Shown in pieces: positions 7,420-17,608 of a DNA stretch of 64,000 nt. This DNA is from a virus. The notes under the pieces were generated by a model that saw nothing but the letters and a program-made list of their open reading frames with translations, was not told the origin of the DNA and searched no databases. The DNA is taken from IMG/VR virus record IMGVR_UViG_3300009151_000031; one strand, 5' to 3'. Position 1 is the first letter of the stretch. Each line of letters begins with the position of its first letter. The position numbers and the translations under genes are program-made.

Positions 7420-9120
7420 ATGGCCGGTTGGAAAAAATACTTTAAAACCAGTAACTTACCTAGTAACATCAGCCCCTTGGGTGGCGGACGCATTGCTGAC
7501 CCAGGCATGCGTAACTATCAAAGTCAATTACCTGAAGTTTATATTGGACATCCAAATCGCGTTGAGCGATATAACCAGTATGAACAAATGGACATGGACA
7601 GCGAAGTCAATGCGGCACTAGATATTCTTGCTGAGTTTATGACTCAAAAGAATGAAGAGAACCATACATCGTTTACCTTAAAGTTTAAAGAAACTCCCAG
7701 TGACAACGAAGTCAAGATCTTAAAAGAACAGCTACAACAATGGGTAGCCTTGAACGAATTAAACAAACGTTCATTTAAAATTGTACGTAATACATTAAAG
7801 TACGGAGATCAAGTATTCATCCGTGATCCAGAAAACTTTAAACTGATGTGGACAGAAATGTCCAAAGTTACCAAAGTTATTGTCAACGAAGGTGAAGGCA
7901 AAAAGCCTGAGCAGTATTTGATCAAAGACTTAAACCCTAACTTTCAAAACTTAACAGCTACAGCAGTAGCAACAACAGACACCTATACCAACCATCCACA
8001 AACTGGCGGCCCGAGCGGTGCTTATGTGCAACCACAAACACCATTTGGTGGTGGAAGTCGTTTTAGTCATGCCAAAAACGAAGCTCCTATCAACGCAGAA
8101 CACATTGTTCATGTGAGTTTAACTGAAGGCCTAGACGTATTTTGGCCGTTTGGTAATAGTGTATTAGAAAACATCTTTAAAGTATTCAAGCAAAAAGAAT
8201 TGTTAGAAGATTCAATTATTATCTATCGTGTACAACGTGCTCCAGAGCGCCGTATTTTCAAAATTGACGTGGGCAACATGCCAAGTCATATGGCCATGGC
8301 ATTTGTTGAACGTATTAAAAACGAAATTCATCAACGTCGTATTCCTACGCAAAGCGGAACAGGTAGCAATGCCAACATGATGGATGCCACATACAATCCA
8401 TTAAGTACAAACGAAGACTATTTCTTCCCAACCACAGCAGACGGTCGTGGCAGTAGTGTTGATGTACTACCTGGCGGTGCTAACCTAGGTGAAATTACAG
8501 ACTTGCGATTCTTTACCAACAAGTTATTCCGTGGTTTGCGTATTCCTAGTAGCTATTTGCCAACTACAGCTGAAGATGGTACAGCGGCCTATACAGATGG
8601 TCGTGTAGGTACAGCACTTATACAAGAATGGCGCTTTAACCAGTATTGCTTGCGTTTACAATCAATGATTGCTGACCGATTGGATGCAGAGTTCAAGCTG
8701 TTTATGCGTTGGAGAGGCTTTAACATTGATGGATCCTTGTTTGATCTACAGTTTAATCCGCCACAAAACTTTGCACAGTATCGTCAAGCAGACATAGATA
8801 GTGCTAGAATTGCTACATTTACACAGCTAGAAGCATACCCTTACCTAAGCAAACGCTGGTTAATGAAGCGTTATTTAGGCATGACTGAACAAGAAATTGC
8901 AGAAAACGAAATGGCCTGGGCAGAAGAAAAAGGTGATGTAGAAACAGCACCAGTTGATGCACCAGGACTTCGTAGCGTTGGTGTAAGTCCGGGTGGCATT
9001 CAAAGTGACATTGAAGGACTAGGCCCAGAAGGCGGCGATGCCAGCGGAGGTGAAGACCTAAGCGGCGCCCCAGGCGCAGATGGTCCTGCAGGGGTTGGTG
9101 TACCAGCACCAGCACTTTAA
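7420..9120 (+). CDS. gp20: Portal vertex protein
   Basis: LLEDSIIIYRVQRAPERRIFKIDVGNMP, EDYFFP...GRGSSVDVLPGG, LFRGLRIPSS match T4 gp20. First gene of the head cluster. Confidence 0.95.
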   Translation: MAGWKKYFKTSNLPSNISPLGGGRIADPGMRNYQSQLPEVYIGHPNRVERYNQYEQMDMDSEVNAALDILAEFMTQKNEENHTSFTLKFKETPSDNEVKILKEQLQQWVALNELNKRSFKIVRNTLKYGDQVFIRDPENFKLMWTEMSKVTKVIVNEGEGKKPEQYLIKDLNPNFQNLTATAVATTDTYTNHPQTGGPSGAYVQPQTPFGGGSRFSHAKNEAPINAEHIVHVSLTEGLDVFWPFGNSVLENIFKVFKQKELLEDSIIIYRVQRAPERRIFKIDVGNMPSHMAMAFVERIKNEIHQRRIPTQSGTGSNANMMDATYNPLSTNEDYFFPTTADGRGSSVDVLPGGANLGEITDLRFFTNKLFRGLRIPSSYLPTTAEDGTAAYTDGRVGTALIQEWRFNQYCLRLQSMIADRLDAEFKLFMRWRGFNIDGSLFDLQFNPPQNFAQYRQADIDSARIATFTQLEAYPYLSKRWLMKRYLGMTEQEIAENEMAWAEEKGDVETAPVDAPGLRSVGVSPGGIQSDIEGLGPEGGDASGGEDLSGAPGADGPAGVGVPAPAL

Positions 9121-9146
9121 TATTAAAAAGGGTAAATAGTAATACT

Positions 9147-9371
9147 ATGTTTATTTTAGAACTATTCGACCCTGCGCCTGCAGGCTATCACAATGAAAAA
9201 GATGATCAAAGTGTGAGCAAAATGTCTGATAGTCGCAAGACTAGACTTACATTAGCACACCTAAATCAACTTCGTCAAAGTCATGATGTGCGTAAAGTAG
9301 AACACGAAAAGAAACTAGAACAAGTAGCAAAACAATATGCAGTATCGGCTGAATCGGCCGGACCAGTATAA
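9147..9371 (+). CDS. Small head-assembly protein
   Basis: Lies between portal and prohead core genes. TAAATA box 8 nt upstream of the ATG. Confidence 0.7.
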   Translation: MFILELFDPAPAGYHNEKDDQSVSKMSDSRKTRLTLAHLNQLRQSHDVRKVEHEKKLEQVAKQYAVSAESAGPV

Positions 9372-9486
9372 AATACCATATTTTTTGGTATATCTCCGAC
9401 AACCCAGTCAAAAACAGCCCATTTAACCCTTAATATATGTAGTTTTGTGTAAATAACATTACAAAGCCACTTATTAAGGAGTTCTT

Positions 9487-10494
9487 ATGAACAAGTTTGA
9501 AAAATTAATTGAATACATCATTAATGATGAAGATCAAAAAGCTCGTGAATTATTTCACGATATTGTAGTAGAAAAATCCCGCGACATTTACGAATCTATC
9601 ATGGACGAAGAGAACATGGAAGAACGTGTACACGGCGACCAAGTTGGTGAAATGGTTGACGAAATTAGCCACGAAGAATCTGTGGGCGAAGACGAAGAAA
9701 CAAACAGCGACGAATTTACTCTTGATGGCGATGACGATCAAGATGGCAACCCCGACGGTGCGTTCCCAGCTGATGATAACACTGATGATGCTAGTAACCC
9801 AACAGAAGACAACATTGATGATAAAGTAATGAACATTGATGCCAAGTTGGACGAGCTATTGGCCAAGTTTGATGAAATCATGGGCGATACTGGTTCAGAA
9901 CAAGAACCAATGGGTGCCGAAGAGCCAGGAATGGACCATGCAGAACCAGAAATGCCTGCTGAAGACACAATGATGGAAGGCGAACAACCAGAGTGGTTAA
10001 AAGCCAACAAAGGTAAAAAAGGTTCATCGGCTGAAGATGACGAAGAAGATGACGAAGAAGATGACAAGCCTAAAAAAGATGCTAAAACTGAAGGCAAAAA
10101 ATCTACAAGCGAATTAATGCGTGAGTATGTTGATAAAATTCAAGATATGAATTTATCAGGCGCTTCCGAAGGTGATGCAGTTGGGTCATCTGGTAAAAAA
10201 ACTAGTGTAAACAACAAGTCTATCACTGGTCCAGGCGCAGATTTTGGTGGTACAGCCAATATGGCCAAAGGTGGAACACAGAACCAAGATGGTACAAGTG
10301 CTCCTAGCTCACCAAAACCAGAACAAATTAAATCAGGCAACGTAAACACACCTGGCGGCAACGCTGGTAAGTCTGGCTTCAAAACTAAAGAAGGTGAATA
10401 TAGCACCGAACACGGTAAAGAAGGCCAAACAACTAGTGGTACCGTTCCTGTAGCTAAGAAATCTGTACAAGTACAGAATACTGGCAAAAAGTAA
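9487..10494 (+). CDS. Prohead core protein-like (gp67/gp68 position)
   Basis: Very acidic N-terminal half and Gly/Lys-rich C-terminal half. Strong SD AAGGAG. Sits immediately before the protease gene. Confidence 0.65.
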   Translation: MNKFEKLIEYIINDEDQKARELFHDIVVEKSRDIYESIMDEENMEERVHGDQVGEMVDEISHEESVGEDEETNSDEFTLDGDDDQDGNPDGAFPADDNTDDASNPTEDNIDDKVMNIDAKLDELLAKFDEIMGDTGSEQEPMGAEEPGMDHAEPEMPAEDTMMEGEQPEWLKANKGKKGSSAEDDEEDDEEDDKPKKDAKTEGKKSTSELMREYVDKIQDMNLSGASEGDAVGSSGKKTSVNNKSITGPGADFGGTANMAKGGTQNQDGTSAPSSPKPEQIKSGNVNTPGGNAGKSGFKTKEGEYSTEHGKEGQTTSGTVPVAKKSVQVQNTGKK

Positions 10495-10507
10495 TTAGGA
10501 AACGATA

Positions 10508-11146
10508 ATGGCTTTGTACCTAAAAGAGAACTTATCCTTTGACCGGGCAGGCATTGTAGTTGAATCTACAGAGTCTGCAGACGGAAAGAAAAAAGATCTC
10601 TATATGAAGGGGGTATTCATCGAAGGAGGCGTCAAAAACGCTAACGAACGTGTATACCCTGTTCACGAAATTGAAAAAGCTGTTTCAACTATTAATAACC
10701 AAATCAAAGAGGGCTACTCCGTCCTAGGCGAAGTAGATCACCCAGACGACTTAAAAATTAACTTAGACCGAGTTAGCCATATGATCACAGAAATGTGGAT
10801 GGATGGCCCAGCTGGTTTTGGTAAATTAAAGATTTTACCTACTGCTATGGGACAACTAGTAGAAGCCATGATTACATCAGGTGTTAAGCTAGGCGTTAGT
10901 TCTCGTGGATCCGGGCAGGTAAATGAAAGTAGTGGACACGTTAGTGATTATGAGATCATTACCGTAGACATCGTAGCGCAACCCAGTGCTCCTCATGCAT
11001 ATCCTAAAGCAATTTATGAAGGTCTGATGAACTACCGAGGCGGCGAACAAGTATTTGGTCTAGCACGTGAAGCTAGCCAAGATCAAAAAGTACAGAAGTA
11101 CCTGAAAGAAGCCGTTAAAGGCTTTATCAAAGATTTAAAACTATAG
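10508..11146 (+). CDS. gp21: Prohead core protease
   Basis: GVFIEGGVKNANERVYP, LGEVDHP, GVSSRGSG, VDIVAQPSAP. Confidence 0.95.
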   Translation: MALYLKENLSFDRAGIVVESTESADGKKKDLYMKGVFIEGGVKNANERVYPVHEIEKAVSTINNQIKEGYSVLGEVDHPDDLKINLDRVSHMITEMWMDGPAGFGKLKILPTAMGQLVEAMITSGVKLGVSSRGSGQVNESSGHVSDYEIITVDIVAQPSAPHAYPKAIYEGLMNYRGGEQVFGLAREASQDQKVQKYLKEAVKGFIKDLKL

Positions 11147-11158
11147 GAGAAATATCCA

Positions 11159-12277
11159 ATGTTAGATGCTATCAAACCATTGTTGGATAACGGAATTATT
11201 AACGAAGCAACTCGTCAAGAAATTTCTGAAGCTTGGGAAGCTCGTATTACCGAAGCCAAAGAACAAGTTCGTGCCGAACTACGTGAAGAATTTAGTCAAC
11301 GTTATCAACATGACAAGCAAGTTATGGTTGAAGCTCTAGACAAAATGGTAACTGAGTCTCTCACTGCTGAACTACAAGAGTTCGCAGACGAAAAACAACA
11401 ATTGGCGGAAGACCGTGTTGCATTTAAACGCACAATGGTCGAAAGCGCAGGTAAGTTCAACAATTTCATGGTTAGCAAACTAGCTGAAGAAATCAAAGAA
11501 CTACGTGCAGATCGTAAACAGTACGAGAATGCCATTGGCAAACTTGAGCAATTTACAATCCGTGCTTTAGCAGAAGAAATCAAAGAATTTGAAGCAGACA
11601 AAAAAGCCGTAGTGGAAACTAAGGTTCGTTTGGTTGCTGAAGGTAAAGCTAAGTTAGCTGAACTACAAGACAAATTTGTAAAACAATCTGCCGCCGCAGT
11701 TAAAGAGGCTGTAACCAGTTCGTTAGAGTCAGAATTGACTCAACTAAAAGAAGACATTACATCGGCACGTGAAAACATGTTTGGTCGTCGTCTATTCGAA
11801 GCATTCGCAAGCGAATTTGCTGGTACTCATTTAAATGAGAACAAACAAATCCGTCAGTTACAATCACAAGTTGAATTAGTAACTGGTAAATTATCTGAAG
11901 CAGTTCAGAAAATCCAAGAAAAGAATGTGTTAGTTGAATCAAAAGAACGTGAAGTTCGTATTATTAAGGAATCAGCAGAGCGCAAGGACAAACTTGCAGA
12001 AATGCTGAAACCATTAAATAAAGAAAAGTCAGCAATTATGCGTGACCTTCTTGAAAGTGTGCAGACTGATAAATTGCAGTCAGCATACGAAAAGTATCTA
12101 CCAGCTGTATTGAACAACAGTTCTGTGAACACAGTGGCCCCTAAAGCTGCCGTATTAACAGAAAGTCGTGCAGTAGTTACTGGTGATAAAACTGCTAAAA
12201 CTGCCGTTACAAATCAACAAGCGCCTGACGTAATGTCAAACGTTTTTGAAATGAAGCGTTTAGCAGGGCTTAATTAA
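11159..12277 (+). CDS. gp22: Prohead core scaffold protein
   Basis: Long Glu/Lys/Ala coiled coil between gp21 and gp23. Confidence 0.88.
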   Translation: MLDAIKPLLDNGIINEATRQEISEAWEARITEAKEQVRAELREEFSQRYQHDKQVMVEALDKMVTESLTAELQEFADEKQQLAEDRVAFKRTMVESAGKFNNFMVSKLAEEIKELRADRKQYENAIGKLEQFTIRALAEEIKEFEADKKAVVETKVRLVAEGKAKLAELQDKFVKQSAAAVKEAVTSSLESELTQLKEDITSARENMFGRRLFEAFASEFAGTHLNENKQIRQLQSQVELVTGKLSEAVQKIQEKNVLVESKEREVRIIKESAERKDKLAEMLKPLNKEKSAIMRDLLESVQTDKLQSAYEKYLPAVLNNSSVNTVAPKAAVLTESRAVVTGDKTAKTAVTNQQAPDVMSNVFEMKRLAGLN

Positions 12278-12302
12278 ACCCTAAATAGGAAAAGGAAATA
12301 AA

Positions 12303-13481
12303 ATGACACAACAATTATTAGAAAGCCGTTGGGGCGAGACAAAAGAAGCCCTGTTAGAAGGCTTACAAGGCTCTAAGCGTACCTCAATGAGCGTAATCTT
12401 AGAAAACACTCGCAAGATGTTAGCAGAAAATGCATCTGGTGGCGCAACTCAAGCTGGTAACGTAGCTACACTTAACCGTGTAATTCTTCCAGTTATTCGT
12501 CGCGTTATGCCAACTGTTATTGCTAACGAAATCATTGGTGTACAACCAATGACAGGCCCAGTTGCTCAGATTCACACATTACGTGTGCGTTATGCAGACA
12601 ACCAAACTGACTCATCAAGCTATGGTACATCCACAGCCGCTGGTGACGAAGCACTAAGCCCATTCAAAATTGCCGTTGCATACTCTGGTAGTTCATCTAC
12701 TGGTCAAGCTACTAGCACAGCCGCATTAGAAGGCGTTGCAGGTAACCGTATCAATGTTCAGATCTTGAAACAAGTTGTAGAAGCTAAGACACGTAAGTTG
12801 TCAGCTCGTTGGACATTTGAAGCCGCTCAAGACGCACAGTCTATGCACGGTTTGGATGTTGAAGCTGAAATCATGGCTGCTTTAGCACAAGAAATCACAG
12901 TTGAAATCGACCAAGAGATCCTAGGTTCCCTACGTGCTCTAGCCGCAACTGACTACACATACGACCAATCTGCTGTATCTGGTACAGCTACATTCGTTGG
13001 TGACGAGCATGCCGCGTTAGCTATTTTAGTTAACCGTACAGCTAACTTGATCGCTCAACGTACACGTCGTGGTGCTGGTAACTGGGCTGTTGTTTCCCCA
13101 GCTGCCTTGACAGTTCTACAATCTGCTACAACTAGCGCATTTGCTCGTACAACAGAAGGTACTTTTGAAGCTCCTACAAACACTAAGTTTGTTGGTACAT
13201 TAAACGGTGCTATGAAGGTTTATGTTGACGGTTACGCAAATGACAGCCAAGCTGTATTAGTTGGATACAAAGGTTCTAGCGAGGCAGATGCTGCCGCGTT
13301 CTATTGCCCATACATTCCTCTAATGAGTTCTGGTGTTGTTCTAGATCCAACAACTTTTGAACCAGTCGTAAGTTTCATGACACGTTACGGATATGTTGAG
13401 TTAACAAACACAGCATCATCTCTAGGTAACGCTGGTGACTACGTTGGCGAGATCGCTGTTGCAAACTTATCATTCCAATAA
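12303..13481 (+). CDS. gp23: Major capsid protein
   Basis: VIRRVMPTVIANEIIGVQPMTGPVAQIHTLRVRY, TRKLSARWTFEAAQD, FYCPYIPL, TRYG. Confidence 0.96.
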   Translation: MTQQLLESRWGETKEALLEGLQGSKRTSMSVILENTRKMLAENASGGATQAGNVATLNRVILPVIRRVMPTVIANEIIGVQPMTGPVAQIHTLRVRYADNQTDSSSYGTSTAAGDEALSPFKIAVAYSGSSSTGQATSTAALEGVAGNRINVQILKQVVEAKTRKLSARWTFEAAQDAQSMHGLDVEAEIMAALAQEITVEIDQEILGSLRALAATDYTYDQSAVSGTATFVGDEHAALAILVNRTANLIAQRTRRGAGNWAVVSPAALTVLQSATTSAFARTTEGTFEAPTNTKFVGTLNGAMKVYVDGYANDSQAVLVGYKGSSEADAAAFYCPYIPLMSSGVVLDPTTFEPVVSFMTRYGYVELTNTASSLGNAGDYVGEIAVANLSFQ

Positions 13482-13510
13482 TCTACCAAGATTACAGAAA
13501 TGTAAAAATC

Positions 13511-13537
13511 AAAAAAGCGCCGAAAGGCGCTTTTTTT
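13511..13537 (+). terminator. Intrinsic terminator after gp23
   Basis: AAAAAA-GCGCC-GAAA-GGCGC-TTTTTTT. Confidence 0.92.
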
Positions 13538-13575
13538 GTTGACTCAAATAAATAATACAACAACAAGGAACTTAT

Positions 13576-13866
13576 ATGGCCGCCCCAGCAAAAACCGCAC
13601 AAAAAGTAAAAGTAGCAAGTACGCCAACCACAGTCAAGGCCGCACCAATGACTAAAGTATCTAACCCTATACCGGCAACCAAAATTGGGATACCAGTAAT
13701 GACAGGTGGCGCCGCAGGACATGCTGGAGTTGGTACAGTGGCTGGAAAACCAGACTATAGTGCCAGTGGATCTTTAACTACCGCACAGACAGCCAAACCT
13801 GCCAAAGTAACAATCACAGTATCGGCAGTGGGAAAAACAAACAATAGAGATAAAAGCTATCTGTAA
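13576..13866 (+). CDS. Small basic Ala/Thr/Lys/Pro-rich protein, probably virion-associated
   Basis: Own TAAATA box, SD AAGGAA, and terminators on both sides. Confidence 0.7.
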   Translation: MAAPAKTAQKVKVASTPTTVKAAPMTKVSNPIPATKIGIPVMTGGAAGHAGVGTVAGKPDYSASGSLTTAQTAKPAKVTITVSAVGKTNNRDKSYL

Positions 13867-13882
13867 TATATTTTTATGAAAT

Positions 13883-13907
13883 AAAAAGGCTCTTCGGAGC
13901 CTTTTTT
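13883..13907 (+). terminator. Intrinsic terminator
   Basis: AAAAAGGCTC-TTCG-GAGCCTTTTTT. Confidence 0.92.
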
Positions 13908-13924
13908 GTTGGCTAAGTAATACT

Positions 13925-14635
13925 ATGAAACAATTACTAGTTGGCTTTGGCGACAGTTGGACATTTGGATCCGAACTAGATATACCAAGAGAAGCCCCGT
14001 GGGGCAACCACTTAGCAACAATGCTTGATGCAGACTATGTTAACATGGGCACACCTGCTAGTAGCATTGGTCATTTAAGTAAGCAACTCTTTGATTTTAT
14101 TAAAGAAAATCCCACATTTGAACAACGTAAAATTATCTTTATGGTTGGGTTGTCTGGACTAACTAGATACCTAAGTTATAATAATGCCAATAAAGAATTT
14201 GTAAATATAACACCAGACGCAGTATACAGCACAAGTAATATACACTTTAGCGGTCGCCCACCTGATTGTATTGATCATATGCGGCAGTTAGCACAATTAA
14301 CATATAGACAAGTTGAAGATCCAGTGTACAACGAGTTTATTGCAGTACAAACTATAACTTTGTTTCAGCAGTTTTGTAATTATAATGAAATTGATTGTGT
14401 GTTTTTTAGTTATTTTGACATGCCTACATTTAACAACTTTGGGCATATGATTGCTCAAGAGTATATCTACCCCGGCACAATTACACAGGCATTAACTGGT
14501 AAAGAATACACAATACCAGACATAAGAAACAATGAATATTTTGCAGGTAAATTATTCCACCCAAACATACTTGGACATCGACGCATAGCAGAACTGTTAA
14601 ACAAATTTTATGATAAATTATTTCCAGGGAATTGA
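13925..14635 (+). CDS. SGNH/GDSL-fold hydrolase or acyltransferase
   Basis: VGFGDSWTFG (block I) and FHPNILGH (block V). Confidence 0.8.
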   Translation: MKQLLVGFGDSWTFGSELDIPREAPWGNHLATMLDADYVNMGTPASSIGHLSKQLFDFIKENPTFEQRKIIFMVGLSGLTRYLSYNNANKEFVNITPDAVYSTSNIHFSGRPPDCIDHMRQLAQLTYRQVEDPVYNEFIAVQTITLFQQFCNYNEIDCVFFSYFDMPTFNNFGHMIAQEYIYPGTITQALTGKEYTIPDIRNNEYFAGKLFHPNILGHRRIAELLNKFYDKLFPGN

Positions 14636-15587
14636 AGGTGATGATATTCCGTACCAAGCAACAATACTTGGGCGCAATATACTAGACATTAATAAACGCA
14701 ACTGGTTCTTTCCGTTAAACGATCACTATAACAAACACCAATCGGGCTGGACAGAATCAACCGGTAAAATTGCACGTCAGCATGATGCAGTAGTATTTTA
14801 TGACATAGTTAATACAGGCGATTACGAGCACGGAAAGTTTAGGCAATTTGTCAGTGAGTTTAAACACGACAACAAGTATTGGTTAACATTAAATCAAACT
14901 CCTAATTTTATATTAGATGGAGTAAAGATAATTCCGTGGGACTTTATGTGGAATAGAACCAAAGCATACTACACAGAAGCAGTTCCTAAAGATTTACATC
15001 TACATCATTACTCGGCTGGCAAGTATACACTACCTACGTTAGATTTTGAAAGAGTGCGCTCTAAACAATATCTAAGTATGACTGGTAGAGAGTATGGGTA
15101 TAGAATACAATTATATGATTTTGTAAAAGACTTTGGTGGGTATGTATCCAATAGATCACGCAACATATATTTAGAAGGCAGTCCGGTAGTTGGTGCGTTT
15201 AGTCCAGTGCCAAATGAGTTTTATCTTGACAGCTATATTAGTATCTATGTTGAAAGTAATTGCTTGCAATCTGATTTAATACACATAACAGAAAAAACGT
15301 ATGAGCCGTTACTTAAAGGACACATTATATTGCCGTTTAGTAATCCTGGTACAATTAGACGTCTACGTGATTTAGGATTTGCATTTCCTGATTTTGTTGA
15401 TTACAGCTATGATACTATACTGGATCCTATTGCAAGATTTACTGCACTTAAGGAAGTATTTAAAAATTTATTAATGCAGAACTTACCTAAGCTATATCAA
15501 GACAATCAACATATCTTTACACATAATCAAAACTGTGTAAATGTAATACCATACGATAACAATTTGCTGGAAATTTTTAATGTTTAA
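14610..15587 (+). CDS. Putative GT-B glycosyltransferase (GT10-like motif)
   Basis: VESN...HITEKTYEPL...LRDLGF...DYSYD resembles the FENS...YxTEK donor-binding motif of GT10. Confidence 0.6.
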   Translation: MINYFQGIEGDDIPYQATILGRNILDINKRNWFFPLNDHYNKHQSGWTESTGKIARQHDAVVFYDIVNTGDYEHGKFRQFVSEFKHDNKYWLTLNQTPNFILDGVKIIPWDFMWNRTKAYYTEAVPKDLHLHHYSAGKYTLPTLDFERVRSKQYLSMTGREYGYRIQLYDFVKDFGGYVSNRSRNIYLEGSPVVGAFSPVPNEFYLDSYISIYVESNCLQSDLIHITEKTYEPLLKGHIILPFSNPGTIRRLRDLGFAFPDFVDYSYDTILDPIARFTALKEVFKNLLMQNLPKLYQDNQHIFTHNQNCVNVIPYDNNLLEIFNV

Positions 15588-16467
15588 ATTTTACGACACA
15601 CTTACATTTGATGAAAGTCTAGATCACAAGCATGTAGACTGGAGTCCTGACAATATATACTCCTATAGGCAATGGTACGAGGAAGATATACAAGGAAAAG
15701 ATACACTATTGATACAAATTGGCGACTCTTGGACATGGGGCGATCACCTTGGATGCATTGACTGGGATAAAGCCAGCAACGACCCTTGTAGAATGGACGA
15801 AATAGTGGGGCGCCAATTAAGCAACCTATTAGAATCAGATTGGGTTAATATAGCCAAGCCTGGGTGTAGTAATTACTGGATGCTAGAACAATTACAAAAT
15901 ATAGAAATGAATCTAATCAGAGTACAACACCAATATAAAAAGATTCGTATTGTAATTTCATTAACAGAAGATTTACGAGAAGCAAAATATACACGACGCA
16001 TTAATGTTGACAGACCATACCAAACATTTTGGGACGAAAGTACTAGCATTAAAGATTTTTTAGTCAAGGTAGAAAGTTATTTACTGCTTAACTTAGAAAC
16101 ATATTTTAAGAAATACCCATTTGTTGATGTTAAAGTTGCTAGAGTGTTTACAGATGTGTGGCCTGAAAATACTAGTCCACTGCTATTAGAAAAGTCTTGG
16201 TGCGATGTAATACAAGATAAAATTGAGTTTAATAATTATCTTAAGCCAGTTCCGTTTATAGGACAAATGAGTATTGACCCGTTGACAGAAAAATACATAT
16301 CTACCAAGCCCGAACGTAAACAGGAGTTTTTAGATATAATGGATCGTGTAGCTACACGTTGGAACTTCTTAGGTGCTAGTCAGTATAACTTAAAAGGCAG
16401 TACTTGCCACCCTAATCCAGCAGGTCATCGTTTGTGGGCCGAGTATCTTTACACACAATTTAGCTAA
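15580..16467 (+). CDS. SGNH/GDSL-fold hydrolase or acyltransferase
   Basis: QIGDSWTWG, NIAKPGCSN, CHPNPAGHRLWAEYL. Confidence 0.8.
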   Translation: MFKFYDTLTFDESLDHKHVDWSPDNIYSYRQWYEEDIQGKDTLLIQIGDSWTWGDHLGCIDWDKASNDPCRMDEIVGRQLSNLLESDWVNIAKPGCSNYWMLEQLQNIEMNLIRVQHQYKKIRIVISLTEDLREAKYTRRINVDRPYQTFWDESTSIKDFLVKVESYLLLNLETYFKKYPFVDVKVARVFTDVWPENTSPLLLEKSWCDVIQDKIEFNNYLKPVPFIGQMSIDPLTEKYISTKPERKQEFLDIMDRVATRWNFLGASQYNLKGSTCHPNPAGHRLWAEYLYTQFS

Positions 16468-16543
16468 ATAGTTATGTTCATAAGAATTCTCGGAGTCAAG
16501 CCACTTCGGGTAGCCTAGAACGCTATTTAAAGGAGAAAATAAA

Positions 16544-16948
16544 ATGGCAAAATTTAAAGTCGCAAGTATCAATAACGGAGTTCCTACAGATAGAGGAATT
16601 GCAAGCGGTAACGGTGGTGTTGGTGGTCTAACTAGTTTATCTGGTAACCAAATTCAGCCAACAGTAAAAATTGGATCAGCAAGTGCCGCTTCTGGTTCTA
16701 TTATTGCACAAAAAGGTCGTAGCGAGTTTCGTGTAACCGATGGCACAAACATTGGTAATTGTACACTAGTGAATTTGGCAACTCCAACAGTGGCCAACAC
16801 TATGAGTATTGTGGTCACCAAGTCTGACGCATCAACATTCCAAGCAAGTCGTATTACAAACAAATTTGTTCACGATTTTGCTGGCAACAAGTATCGTTAT
16901 AAACTAGCTGCCGCTACAGCAACTTTTGTTTCAGTAGCATACGCTTAA
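16544..16948 (+). CDS. Putative virion structural or decoration protein
   Basis: Strong SD AAGGAG, Gly/Ser/Thr/Ala-rich, followed by a terminator. Confidence 0.65.
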   Translation: MAKFKVASINNGVPTDRGIASGNGGVGGLTSLSGNQIQPTVKIGSASAASGSIIAQKGRSEFRVTDGTNIGNCTLVNLATPTVANTMSIVVTKSDASTFQASRITNKFVHDFAGNKYRYKLAAATATFVSVAYA

Positions 16949-16965
16949 TTTTAACTAAGCAAACT

Positions 16966-16989
16966 AAAACCCGCTTCGGCGGGTTTTTT
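16966..16989 (+). terminator. Intrinsic terminator
   Basis: AAAACCCGC-TTCG-GCGGGTTTTTT. Confidence 0.92.
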
Positions 16990-17044
16990 ATTGATTTCAG
17001 CAAAGATCTACTCAGCATAAATACTACATAAACAGGATACGGAC

Positions 17045-17599
17045 ATGAGTACTATTAAGAGAATTTCGGGTAATTACACTATACAGACGTTGAATCCTAA
17101 CGACCAAATTAACTTACAAGCCAACGCCGTAATTATTAACGGCAATTTGTTTGTGACTGGTAATAGTCAAACAGTTTCTACCACAAATAGTGCAATTACA
17201 GACAACATAATTTACTTGAATCACGGCCTGAGTAATAGTAATCCGCCAAATCCATTGGGGGCCGCAATTGAAATAGATCGTGGAACCAGCGCCAACGTAC
17301 AAATCCGTTGGAACGAAACACTACAAGCATGGCAGGCCAGTAATGATGGCGTAACTTACAAATATATTCTATTAGGAACAGGCACAACTGCCAACTTATA
17401 TAACGACCCTGCACCAACGCTAAGTGCTAATTTAAATTTAAACGGGCATACAATTTATAGTCCAGCTGGTAGTGTGCAACTATTTGCCAATACCGCTCAA
17501 AGTGGCGGATCGGGACTGTACGTAACCAACACACAAGCAACTGGCGCAGAGCTAGTAACCAAATCTAAAGCAGTAGCGTTTAGTATCATATTCGGATAG
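17045..17599 (+). CDS. Fibre/baseplate-associated structural protein
   Basis: INGNLFVTG...DNIIYLN...IEIDRG...IRWNE fibre module. Ends in SIIFG. Confidence 0.7.
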   Translation: MSTIKRISGNYTIQTLNPNDQINLQANAVIINGNLFVTGNSQTVSTTNSAITDNIIYLNHGLSNSNPPNPLGAAIEIDRGTSANVQIRWNETLQAWQASNDGVTYKYILLGTGTTANLYNDPAPTLSANLNLNGHTIYSPAGSVQLFANTAQSGGSGLYVTNTQATGAELVTKSKAVAFSIIFG

Positions 17600-17608
17600 G
17601 AAAAATAA

